NCBI GenBank assembly: GCA_963695225.1
Contig: OY968762.1
Location: 1,184,001-1,248,000 of the forward strand
Source of the DNA: Vulcanimicrobiota bacterium
GTDB lineage: Bacteria; Vulcanimicrobiota; Vulcanimicrobiia; Vulcanimicrobiales; Vulcanimicrobiaceae
Length of the DNA: 64,000 nucleotides
Direction: 5' to 3'
Both the position numbers and the translations under genes were made by a program. Each line of letters opens with the position of its first letter. The first letter of the stretch is position 1. Below the pieces are notes generated by a model that saw only the letters and a list, made by a program, of their open reading frames with translations, did not search any database and was not told the origin of the DNA. Positions 55,997-64,000 of this stretch are shown piece by piece.

Positions 55997-57492
55997 CCGC
56001 GCCCCGCCTCGCCCGAACGCTCCGCGTCGTGCGCGCGGTAGGGCCCCGGCCGGTCCCCGCAGAGCCGCGGCGTCGGGAAGACCTTCCCCGGGTTGAAGAT
56101 GCGCTCCGGATCGAACGTGCAGCGCACGGCGTTCATCGCATCGAGATCGTCCTCGCCGAATTGCTCGCCGAGGTAGATCGCCTTGTCGGCGCCGACGCCG
56201 TGCTCCCCCGTGATCGAACCGCCGTAGCGTAGGCAGATGCGCAGGATCTCGCCGCCGAGCGCTTCGGCACGCCGTTCCTCGCCTTCGACGCGAGCGTCGT
56301 AGAGGACGAGCGGATGCAGGTTCCCGTCGCCCGCGTGGAAGACGTTCGCGACGCGCATCCCGGAACGCGCGGAGCGTTCCGCGATCTCGCGCAGCACGGG
56401 CCCGATCACCGAGCGCGGGATCACGCCGTCCTGCACGATGTAATTCGGCGAGATGCGGCCCATCGCGGCGAACGCGCTCTTGCGGCCCTTCCACATCAGC
56501 GCGCGCTCCGCGTCGTCGCGCGGCGCGCGGACTTCGAGCGCGCCGGTCGCGCGCGCCATCGTTTCCGCCTGCGCCGCCGTGTGCGCGACCTCGGCCGGCG
56601 TTCCGTCGACGTCGAGCAAGAGCGCGGCGCCGACGTCGAGCGGCCAATCGACGCCGGTCGATTTCACGATCGCCTCGATCGCGAGCGCGTCCATCATCTC
56701 GATCGCGGCCGGAACGATCCCGGCCGCGATGATCTCGGAGACGCAGGCCCCGGCTTCGTCGGTCGTCGGGAACGTCGCGAAGAGCGTGCGCACGGCGGCG
56801 GGCTTGCGCAGGATGCGCAGCACGATCTCCGTGACGATTCCGAGCATCCCCTCGCTCCCGACGAGCACGCCCATCAAATCGTATCCGAGCGGATCGGCGC
56901 AAGCGGAACCGAGTTCGACGACGCTTCCGTCTTCGAGCACGACCGTCGCCGCGAGCGCGTGATTCACGGTGAACCCATACTTGAGGCAATGCGCGCCGCC
57001 GGAGTTCTCGGCGATGTTGCCGCCGATCGTGCACACGCTCTGCGAGCTCGGATCGGGCGCGTAGTAGTAGCCGTCGGCCGAAACGGCCTTCGAGACGTCG
57101 AGGTTGATCGCGCCCGGCTGGACGCGCACGCGCCCGTTCGGGAGATCGATATCGAGGATGCGCGTCATCCGCGCGAGCCCGATCACGAGAGAGCCTTCGG
57201 ACGGGAGCGCGCCGCCGGAGAGTCCGGTTCCCGCCCCGCGCGGGACGACGGGCATCCCCAACGCGCGCGCCGCCTTCACGAGTTCGGCGACTTCTTCCGT
57301 CGTCGCCGGGAGCGCGACCGCGGCCGGGCGCACGCGATAGCTCGTCAGGCCATCGCACTCGTAGCTGCGCAACTCGGCTGCAGACGTCAGGACGTTCCGC
57401 CCGCCGACGATTTCCGCAAGGCGCGCGCGCAACTCGGCTGTTCGCGCAGCGGCGTTCGCGGACCGGACGGGCGTATCTGCGGGCGCACTCAT
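55993..57492 (-). CDS. glcD: Glycolate oxidase subunit GlcD
   Basis: PRGAGTGLSGG, PDPSS, GGAHCLKYG, HAGDGNLHP, GEHGVG. Confidence 0.92.
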   Translation of the reverse strand: MSAPADTPVRSANAAARTAELRARLAEIVGGRNVLTSAAELRSYECDGLTSYRVRPAAVALPATTEEVAELVKAARALGMPVVPRGAGTGLSGGALPSEGSLVIGLARMTRILDIDLPNGRVRVQPGAINLDVSKAVSADGYYYAPDPSSQSVCTIGGNIAENSGGAHCLKYGFTVNHALAATVVLEDGSVVELGSACADPLGYDLMGVLVGSEGMLGIVTEIVLRILRKPAAVRTLFATFPTTDEAGACVSEIIAAGIVPAAIEMMDALAIEAIVKSTGVDWPLDVGAALLLDVDGTPAEVAHTAAQAETMARATGALEVRAPRDDAERALMWKGRKSAFAAMGRISPNYIVQDGVIPRSVIGPVLREIAERSARSGMRVANVFHAGDGNLHPLVLYDARVEGEERRAEALGGEILRICLRYGGSITGEHGVGADKAIYLGEQFGEDDLDAMNAVRCTFDPERIFNPGKVFPTPRLCGDRPGPYRAHDAERSGEAGRG

Positions 57493-58181
57493 GGGGATTC
57501 TCCGGCGGGAGCGCCGTCCGGCGCGATCGCCGCGAGCGCCGCCGACCGCACGCGAGCAACGTGTTCCGCCGTGCGCAGCGCGGCCGCATCTTCATCGCGC
57601 GCCGCGAGCGCGGCGAGGATCGCCGCGTGTTCGGCGACCGTCTCGCGCCGGCGGTCCGCGTTCGAGAGCGAGAGGAAGCGCCACGCGATCAACTCTCCGC
57701 GGACGTCGCCGAGCATGCGTTTGAGCCTCTCGCCGTCCGCCGCCTCCAGAATGACGTCGTGGAAGGCGGTATCGGCGCGCTCCATCTCGTTCGGCTCGTC
57801 GGCCGCCGCCTGCATTCGCTCGAGCAACGTCCCGAGCCGGCGGAGTTGCGGAGCCGTTATACGCCGCGCGGCCCGGCGCGCGGCGAGCGGTTCGAGTGCC
57901 TCGCGAATCTCCATGATGCAGACGACGTCTTCGCGGCGCAGTTCGCGCACCACGGTCCCGCGAGCCCCGCGCGGCTCGAGCAGCCCCTCGGCCTCGAGGC
58001 GCCGCAACGCCTCGCGCACCGGGGTACGAGAAGCCCCGAGGCGAGCCGCCAGCTCGCCTTCGATCAGCGGCGTCCCAGGCGGAAACTCGCCGGTCAGGAT
58101 TGCCTGCCTCAAACGCTCGTGGATCCGTTCCCGCAACGCAACCGGCCGGCGCATCCGGCCGAGCCCCCCGGCACCCCGCAT
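57489..58181 (-). CDS. GntR family regulator with FCD domain
   Basis: SRTPVREALRRLEAEG; FHDVI, EHAAIL; overlaps glcD. Confidence 0.92.
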   Translation of the reverse strand: MRGAGGLGRMRRPVALRERIHERLRQAILTGEFPPGTPLIEGELAARLGASRTPVREALRRLEAEGLLEPRGARGTVVRELRREDVVCIMEIREALEPLAARRAARRITAPQLRRLGTLLERMQAAADEPNEMERADTAFHDVILEAADGERLKRMLGDVRGELIAWRFLSLSNADRRRETVAEHAAILAALAARDEDAAALRTAEHVARVRSAALAAIAPDGAPAGESP

Positions 58182-58188
58182 CCAGCCA

Positions 58189-58236
58189 AGCGTAGCCGAC
58201 CGGCCTCGCCGCGTCAATACGGGATACGGGATCCCA
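58189..58236 (-). promoter_or_regulatory. Sigma70 promoter (probably leaderless) with adjacent operator-like repeat
   Basis: Minus strand TTGACG-17-TACGCT-7 nt-ATG; ATACGGG direct repeat and TGGGATCCCG near-palindrome just upstream of -35. Confidence 0.65.
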
Positions 58237-58250
58237 TAAGAAGGGAGCCC

Positions 58251-58790
58251 CTATTGCGGTATTGTGATACGGATGGATTCAAACGGCGACTTCGCGTTGC
58301 ACGTGGAGCAGACCACGAGGATCTTCGCCGGCACGAAGTCTTTGTCGACGGGGAAGAAGGCGACTTGCTTTTGGGCGGCGCCTTGCAGAATGTTGAGATT
58401 TGCGTGGGTGTAGTCCGCAGTTGGAACCTGCACGGCGACGTCGTCCTTGTCCGCGAACGTGTACTCGATCAGGTCGATGAACGGACTCGTCGTGCCGTTG
58501 CGGATGACGGCGGTGAACGTCAGGACCTTCTGCCCGGGATTCGGGAGGAGCTTCGCGGCTTCTTCCGCCGTCGCTTCGCGCACGTCGGAGATCGTGATGC
58601 GGACCGCGCCGTTCCAGATCGTCTGGCCGACCGTCCCCGAAACGGCCTTCACTTGGTTCGCGCCGCCGGGAAGCGGCGTCGGCGCCGCGCTCGCGGCAAC
58701 CGTTGTCGCCAGCACGGCAACGATCGCCGCCGCGAAGCACGTGCGGCCTGCGGGGGCGGGTCCCGGACCGGTCGATCGACGATGGTTCAT
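58251..58790 (-). CDS. Secreted hypothetical protein (Ig-like/DUF4352-like)
   Basis: RBS GGAGG, signal peptide, beta-rich, C-terminal CSTC. Confidence 0.7.
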   Translation of the reverse strand: MNHRRSTGPGPAPAGRTCFAAAIVAVLATTVAASAAPTPLPGGANQVKAVSGTVGQTIWNGAVRITISDVREATAEEAAKLLPNPGQKVLTFTAVIRNGTTSPFIDLIEYTFADKDDVAVQVPTADYTHANLNILQGAAQKQVAFFPVDKDFVPAKILVVCSTCNAKSPFESIRITIPQ

Positions 58791-59079
58791 GCGCGCTTGC
58801 CTCCAAACGTTCGAGCGGTAAATTCCGGCAATGGTGCCATAAGAGCGCAGAGAACGCACGATTCGATCGGCCCAGGCGGGTACGTCCGCGCCGGGCTCGC
58901 TTCGGTGATCTCGCTCCCCGGGGCCGCGATCGCATCTGCGCCTTGGATCACCGTCACGCGACCGTGAACGTTCGGAGGTGCCGGAACGTCATACGTGCAG
59001 GCACGATTGAATCTCCACGGTTGGGTGGGAGCACTCGTACTCCCGTGCTGCGGCGGGTGCCTGTCAGAAAGCCGGATTG

Positions 59080-60555
59080 ATGCTGATTCTTGTTACCGGA
59101 GCAACCGGGTACATCGGAGGACGCCTCGTTCCCCGCCTGATCGAGGCCGGGCATGCCGTTCGCTGCGTCGTGCGGGATCCTGCCCGAGTCGGCGGCCGCT
59201 TTCCCGGAGTCGAAATCGTGGCCGGAGACGTCTTCGACCGCGCTTCGATCGAACGCGCGATGGCCGGCGTCGACGCCGCGTACTATCTCATCCACTCGAT
59301 GAGCGAAGCGACGCGCGACTTCGCGGCGAGCGACCGCGAGGCGGCCGGCATCTTCGCGGCGGCGGCCCGCACGACCGGATTGCGCCGCATCATTTACCTG
59401 GGCGGGCTCGGCGACGATGCGGACGCGCTCTCGCATCACCTGCACAGCCGTCACGAAGTCGGCGACGTGCTGCGCACGAGCGGCGCCGTCGTCACCGAAT
59501 TCCGCGCCGCGATCATCATCGGCTCGGGGAGCGCTTCGTTCGAGATGATGCGTTACCTGACCGACCGCCTACCGGTCATGATCGCGCCGAAGTGGGTCGA
59601 AACGCGCTGCCAGCCGATCGCGGTGCGCGACGTGCTGGCGTATCTCTGCGAGGAGCTGCATCGCGAGCCGCGGGAGAACGCGATCTTCGAGATCGCGGGG
59701 CCGGACGTTCTCTCGTACCGGGAGATGATGCTCGGGTACGCGGGTATCCGAGGCCTCTCTCGCCGGCTCGTCGTCGTCCCGTTCTTTACGCCGGGGCTCT
59801 CCGCCGGCTGGGTCCATCTCGTCACGCCGATCCCCGCTTCCATCGCGCGCCCGCTCATCGAAGGGCTCTTCAACGAAGTCGTCGTCCGCGACGACCGGGC
59901 CCTTCGCGAGTTCTCAGTGAAACCGCTCGGATTCGACGAAGCGGTGCGCCGCGCGCTCGACCGCTACGGCGCGGCGGGGCCGGAGACGACGTGGTTCGAC
60001 GCGTTCGACGCGCGCTCGCTCCCCGGCGAGTTCGCGGGCCTCACCGAGGGAATGCTCGTCGACCGGCGCGAGTGCGCCTCCGGCGCTTCCCCGCGGGCGC
60101 TCTTCGACACGTTCGCGAGCCTCGGCGGGACGAAGGGCTGGCTCTACGCGGATTGGCTGTGGGAATTGCGCGGCGCGCTCGACCGCCTCGCCGGAGGCTG
60201 CGGAACGCGGCGCGGGCGGCGTTCGCAAACCGACCTGCGCGCCGGCGACGCAATCGATTTCTGGCGCGTCGAAGCGTACGAGCCGGGGAAATTGCTGCGG
60301 CTGCGCGCCGAAATGCGCTTGCCCGGCTCTGCTTGGTTGCAATTCGAAGCGCTCCCGCGCGCGGGCGGCTCGACGCTGCGACAGACCGCGTTCTTCGAGC
60401 CTCGCGGGCTCTTCGGGTATCTCTACTGGTACGGCGTCGCTCCGTTCCACGGCTTCGTGTTCGCAAACATGGCGAAGCGCATCGCGCTCGAAGCCGAAAC
60501 GCTCCCGGCGGAGCAACCGCGCCGCATCGTCGTTTCACCTTCCGGCGGCGCCTGA
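59080..60555 (+). CDS. Atypical SDR (YbjT-like) with C-terminal DUF2867
   Basis: TGATGYIG, YYLIHSM, HLHSR, IGSGSASFE, IDFWRVE, AEMRLPG. Confidence 0.9.
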   Translation: MLILVTGATGYIGGRLVPRLIEAGHAVRCVVRDPARVGGRFPGVEIVAGDVFDRASIERAMAGVDAAYYLIHSMSEATRDFAASDREAAGIFAAAARTTGLRRIIYLGGLGDDADALSHHLHSRHEVGDVLRTSGAVVTEFRAAIIIGSGSASFEMMRYLTDRLPVMIAPKWVETRCQPIAVRDVLAYLCEELHREPRENAIFEIAGPDVLSYREMMLGYAGIRGLSRRLVVVPFFTPGLSAGWVHLVTPIPASIARPLIEGLFNEVVVRDDRALREFSVKPLGFDEAVRRALDRYGAAGPETTWFDAFDARSLPGEFAGLTEGMLVDRRECASGASPRALFDTFASLGGTKGWLYADWLWELRGALDRLAGGCGTRRGRRSQTDLRAGDAIDFWRVEAYEPGKLLRLRAEMRLPGSAWLQFEALPRAGGSTLRQTAFFEPRGLFGYLYWYGVAPFHGFVFANMAKRIALEAETLPAEQPRRIVVSPSGGA

Positions 60556-60643
60556 CGTACCCAACGGTACCCCCGCAGAGATTCCTGAGATTTCGCCTTT
60601 CGTCACAAGGGTTGGCCCCGTCGCTCGGGTAGCATAGGGAGCA

Positions 60644-62329
60644 ATGCGGACTAACCCGACGATCGCCTATTTTTCCATGGAGATCGCCCTGGAGGCCGAC
60701 GTGCCCACCTATAGCGGTGGGCTCGGCATCCTTGCGGGCGATACCTTGCGCTCCGCCGCCGACCTCGGCGTGCCGATCGTAGCCGTCACCCTCCTATACC
60801 GTAAGGGCTACTTCGAGCAACGCCTCGCCGCCGACGGAACCCAGCGCGAGGAAAGCGTTCGCTGGGAGCCGGCGGAGCATCTCGAACGGACGCCCGCGCG
60901 CGCTGCCGTCACGCTCGAAGGCCGGACCGTTCACCTGGGCGCCTGGCTCTACCGCATCCGCGCGGAGAGCGGGCACCTCGTCCCAGTCCTGCTCTTAGAC
61001 ACCGATCTCCCCGAGAACGGCCCCTGGGACCGCACCCTCACCGATCTGCTCTACGGGGGCGACGGCCGTTACCGGCTCGCGCAGGAGATCGTCCTCGGCC
61101 TCGGCGGCCTCGCGATCCTCGAAGCGCTCGACTATCGCGAAATCCAGACTTACCACTTGAACGAAGGGCACTCGTCGCTCCTCACGCTCGGGCTGCTCGA
61201 AGAGACGATCCGCGACGGGCGGCTCGCGCCGCTGGCGGCGCGAGCACGCGTGCGCAAGGAGTGCGTGTTCACGACGCATACGCCCGTTCCGGCGGGGCAC
61301 GACAAGTTCGATCGGAAGCTCGCCGACAAGATGCTGGGCCGCGAACGCTCGGCACTGCTCGAGAAGATCGAAGCGTACCACGACGGCACGCTCAACATGA
61401 CGTATCTCGCGCTGACCTGCTGCCGCTACGTCAACGGCGTCGCGATGAAGCACGGCGAGGTCTCGCGCGCGATGTTCCCCGAGTACTCGATCCACGCGAT
61501 CACGAACGGCGTGCACGCCGCGACGTGGACCTCGCCGTCCTTCGCGGCGCTCTTCGACCGCCGCCTCCCCGAGTGGCGCCGGGACAACCTGTATCTGCGT
61601 TACGCGATGAGCATCCCGCTGCACGAGATCGAGGAAGCGCACTTGCACGCCAAACGTGCGCTGTTCGCAAAGATCCGCGAAGAGTCGGGCGTCTCGTTCG
61701 ACGAGAAGTGCTTCACGATCGGCTTCGCGCGCCGCGCGGCGCTCTACAAGCGCGCGGAGCTCTTATTCACCGACGTCGAGCGGCTGCGGCGCATCGCCGC
61801 CGAAGTCGGACCATTCCAGATCGTCTACGGCGGGAAGGCGCATCCCAGCGATGCCGGGGCGAAGGACGCAATTCGCAGAGTCTTCGCCGCGGCTGCGAAA
61901 CTCGGCAGCGACGTCAAGTTCGTGTATGTCGAGAACTACGACCTCACCTGGGGGCATCTGCTCACGAGCGGCGTCGATCTCTGGCTCAACACACCGCGCT
62001 ATCCCGAAGAAGCTTCCGGGACGAGCGGGATGAAAGCCGCGTTGAACGGCGTTCCGAGCTTCTCCGTGCGCGACGGATGGTGGGTCGAAGGGCACATCGA
62101 GGGCGTCACCGGATGGTCGATCGGCGGCGACGATCCGAGCAAAGCGAACGGCTCGGAGGCGGTCGATCTCTACACGAAGCTCGAACGCGCGATCCTCCCG
62201 CTCTATTACGGGCGGGCGCAAGGCTACGCGCACGTGATGCGCTCGGCGATCGCGCTGAACGGCTCGTTCTTCAACACGCAGCGGATGGTCGCGCAGTACG
62301 TGACGAACGCGTACGGGACGGCGGACTAG
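60644..62329 (+). CDS. glgP: Alpha-glucan phosphorylase (short form)
   Basis: YSGGLG, HLNEGH, FARR..YKR, GKAHP, EASGTSGMK. Confidence 0.93.
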   Translation: MRTNPTIAYFSMEIALEADVPTYSGGLGILAGDTLRSAADLGVPIVAVTLLYRKGYFEQRLAADGTQREESVRWEPAEHLERTPARAAVTLEGRTVHLGAWLYRIRAESGHLVPVLLLDTDLPENGPWDRTLTDLLYGGDGRYRLAQEIVLGLGGLAILEALDYREIQTYHLNEGHSSLLTLGLLEETIRDGRLAPLAARARVRKECVFTTHTPVPAGHDKFDRKLADKMLGRERSALLEKIEAYHDGTLNMTYLALTCCRYVNGVAMKHGEVSRAMFPEYSIHAITNGVHAATWTSPSFAALFDRRLPEWRRDNLYLRYAMSIPLHEIEEAHLHAKRALFAKIREESGVSFDEKCFTIGFARRAALYKRAELLFTDVERLRRIAAEVGPFQIVYGGKAHPSDAGAKDAIRRVFAAAAKLGSDVKFVYVENYDLTWGHLLTSGVDLWLNTPRYPEEASGTSGMKAALNGVPSFSVRDGWWVEGHIEGVTGWSIGGDDPSKANGSEAVDLYTKLERAILPLYYGRAQGYAHVMRSAIALNGSFFNTQRMVAQYVTNAYGTAD

Positions 62330-63429
62330 CGTTGCGCGCGCGCGGCGCGCCGCTCCGTGACGCTCTCCGCCAACCGCTCGAGCACCCGCAGCGAATCCTC
62401 CCAGCCGAGGCACGCGTCGGTCACGCTCTGCCCGTACACGAGCGGCCGCCCGGGCACGCGATCCTGGCGCCCCGCGAGGAGGTGGGATTCGATCATCACG
62501 CCGATGATGCGCTCTTCGCCCGCGGCGAGTTGCAGCGCGACGTTCTCGGCGACCGGGATTTGGTTGGAGTGGTCCTTGCGGCTGTTCGCGTGGCTCGCGT
62601 CGATCATCACGCGAGCCGGCAAGCCGGCTCGCGCAAGCGCCTCGCAGACGCCCTGCACGCTCTCGGCGTCGTAATTCGGTTGGCGCCCGCCGCGTAGGAT
62701 CAGATGGCAATCCTCGTTCCCCGCGGTCGAAACGATCGCCGAACGGCCGCGCTTGGTGACGGAGAGGAAATGATGCGGCTGGTTCGCCGCCTTTATGGCG
62801 TCGAGCGCGATCTTGATGTTGCCGTCCGTCCCGTTCTTGAAGCCGACCGGGCACGAGAGGCCGGAGGCGAGCTCGCGATGGACCTGCGACTCCGTCGTTC
62901 GGGCTCCGATCGCTCCCCAAGAGACCAAGTCCGCGATGTACTGTGGACTGATGGTATCGAGATACTCCGTCCCCGCTGGAACGCCGAGCTCGTTGATGTC
63001 GAGCAGGAGCCCGCGAGCTTGGCGCAGGCCCGCATTGATGTCGAACGTCCCGTCCATGTGCGGGTCGTTGATGAGCCCCTTCCAGCCGACCGTCGTCCGC
63101 GGCTTCTCGAAGTAGACGCGCATGACGATTTCCAGCTCGCCCCCAAGCCGCTTGCGCTGCACCGCGAGCAAGCCCGCGTACTCGAGCGCGGCTTTGCGAT
63201 CGTGGATCGAGCACGGACCGATCACGACGACCAATCGATCGTCGACGCCGCCGAGCACGGCGTGGATCGCCTCGCGCGTCGCGAAAACGATCTCGGAAGC
63301 GGCGTCGCTACAGGGGAACGCTCGAATCAGGTGCTCGGGAGCCGTTAATTCCTTGAGCGCGCGGATGCGAAGGTCGTCCGTGTTCTTGGGGATGGCGATC
63401 ACCGGCGATGCGTCGATATCTCTGTACAT
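62326..63429 (-). CDS. aroG: 3-deoxy-7-phosphoheptulonate synthase, class I-alpha
   Basis: GPCSIHD, KPRTTVGWKG, GARTTESQ, DASHAN; start 63429 or 63402. Confidence 0.93.
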   Translation of the reverse strand: MYRDIDASPVIAIPKNTDDLRIRALKELTAPEHLIRAFPCSDAASEIVFATREAIHAVLGGVDDRLVVVIGPCSIHDRKAALEYAGLLAVQRKRLGGELEIVMRVYFEKPRTTVGWKGLINDPHMDGTFDINAGLRQARGLLLDINELGVPAGTEYLDTISPQYIADLVSWGAIGARTTESQVHRELASGLSCPVGFKNGTDGNIKIALDAIKAANQPHHFLSVTKRGRSAIVSTAGNEDCHLILRGGRQPNYDAESVQGVCEALARAGLPARVMIDASHANSRKDHSNQIPVAENVALQLAAGEERIIGVMIESHLLAGRQDRVPGRPLVYGQSVTDACLGWEDSLRVLERLAESVTERRAARAQR

Positions 63430-63430
63430 G

Positions 63431-63464
63431 AAAAAGGCCGGATTCGCGCTGCGAAGCGGCCTTT
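63431..63464 (-). terminator. Probable intrinsic terminator after pfp, abutting the aroG ATG
   Basis: Minus strand AAAGGCCG-C-TTCGC-AGC-GCGAA-TC-CGGCC then TTTTT-C-ATG. Confidence 0.6.
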
Positions 63465-63509
63465 GCTGCGTTCGGCTCGGGCCCAAAAAGGCCCCCTACC
63501 GGTCCGGCC

Positions 63510-63998
63510 TCACATCTCGAGGTGCGAGAACTGCTCCCGGAACGCCGCCGGCGCGAGCGACGTATGCGCGCTGAGTGCCGAGAGTTGCGGTTCGACGAGG
63601 TCCTCCGGTTCGAGGCGGATCATGTACTTGCGCGCGACCTGGTACGCCTCGTTCGTGACGTCGACCAGGCGGATACGGACGCGCCCCGTCTTGGGATCGG
63701 TGAGTTCGGAGAGCGTCACCGGGACGACCCGCCCGCCCGAAAGCGCGACCAGCGCCCCGCTCCCGCCCCCGAGCAAGTAGCGCACGGCACCGTAGCCGAG
63801 CGTGCGCGTGTACTCGAGATCGAACGGGAGCGGCTTGGCGCAACGCAATTCGTAGCCGATATCTTTCGGCACGACCGTTCCCTTGACGCCGAGCTCCTTG
63901 AGCCGGCGGCGAATCGCATCGCGCAGCACGAATCCGACCGGAATCTCGGCCAGCGTGACGTTGCCGTACGCATCGCGCGCGATGTTCGAACCTCCGTC
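63510..63998 (-). CDS. pfp: C-terminal part of 6-phosphofructokinase family protein (probably PPi-dependent), 5'-truncated
   Basis: RDAYGNVTLAE, KDIGYELRCAKP..FD..YTRTLG. Confidence 0.82.
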   Translation of the reverse strand, partial: DGGSNIARDAYGNVTLAEIPVGFVLRDAIRRRLKELGVKGTVVPKDIGYELRCAKPLPFDLEYTRTLGYGAVRYLLGGGSGALVALSGGRVVPVTLSELTDPKTGRVRIRLVDVTNEAYQVARKYMIRLEPEDLVEPQLSALSAHTSLAPAAFREQFSHLEM

Positions 63999-64000
63999 GA

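Noticed and set aside
63430..63486. Phe-sensing attenuator before aroG (Phe-Phe codons)
   Set aside because: TTT TTC is simply the terminator T-tract, in frame with aroG; no separate leader peptide with a stop

Overview
GC-rich, gene-dense 64 kb segment of a bacterial chromosome. The gene repertoire suggests a diderm Terrabacteria lineage such as Vulcanimicrobiota/Eremiobacterota (inference only). About 62 CDSs are supported. They include nitrilase-tldD-tldE, HD-GYP, TlpA, folD, SOD, and a SufR-like regulator plus atypical U-scaffold divergent from sufC-sufD-sufS-sufU-TonB receptor (no sufB). Further on are a liv-type ABC transporter convergent on acs, GH125, ECF sigma plus anti-sigma/Ogt fusion, PHP/histone-H1-like fusion, EF-G2-like, OppA, pyrE-like, bcp, thiO, ETF-QO, a double-LCCL protein, larA, glcDEF with GntR, glgP, aroG and partial pfp. 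No rRNA, tRNA, CRISPR, transposase, integrase or phage genes were seen. The most interesting locus is about 35.0-40.9 kb. There an ECF sigma factor overlaps a gene fusing a zinc-binding anti-sigma domain to an O6-alkylguanine alkyltransferase, a candidate Ada-independent alkylation-sensing switch. It is followed by an unannotated three-way-junction RNA or sORF with two strong Shine-Dalgarno motifs and its own terminator, a PHP hydrolase with a long basic histone-H1-like tail, and an EF-G paralogue lacking the catalytic His. All calls come from manual motif recognition; no database searches were run.
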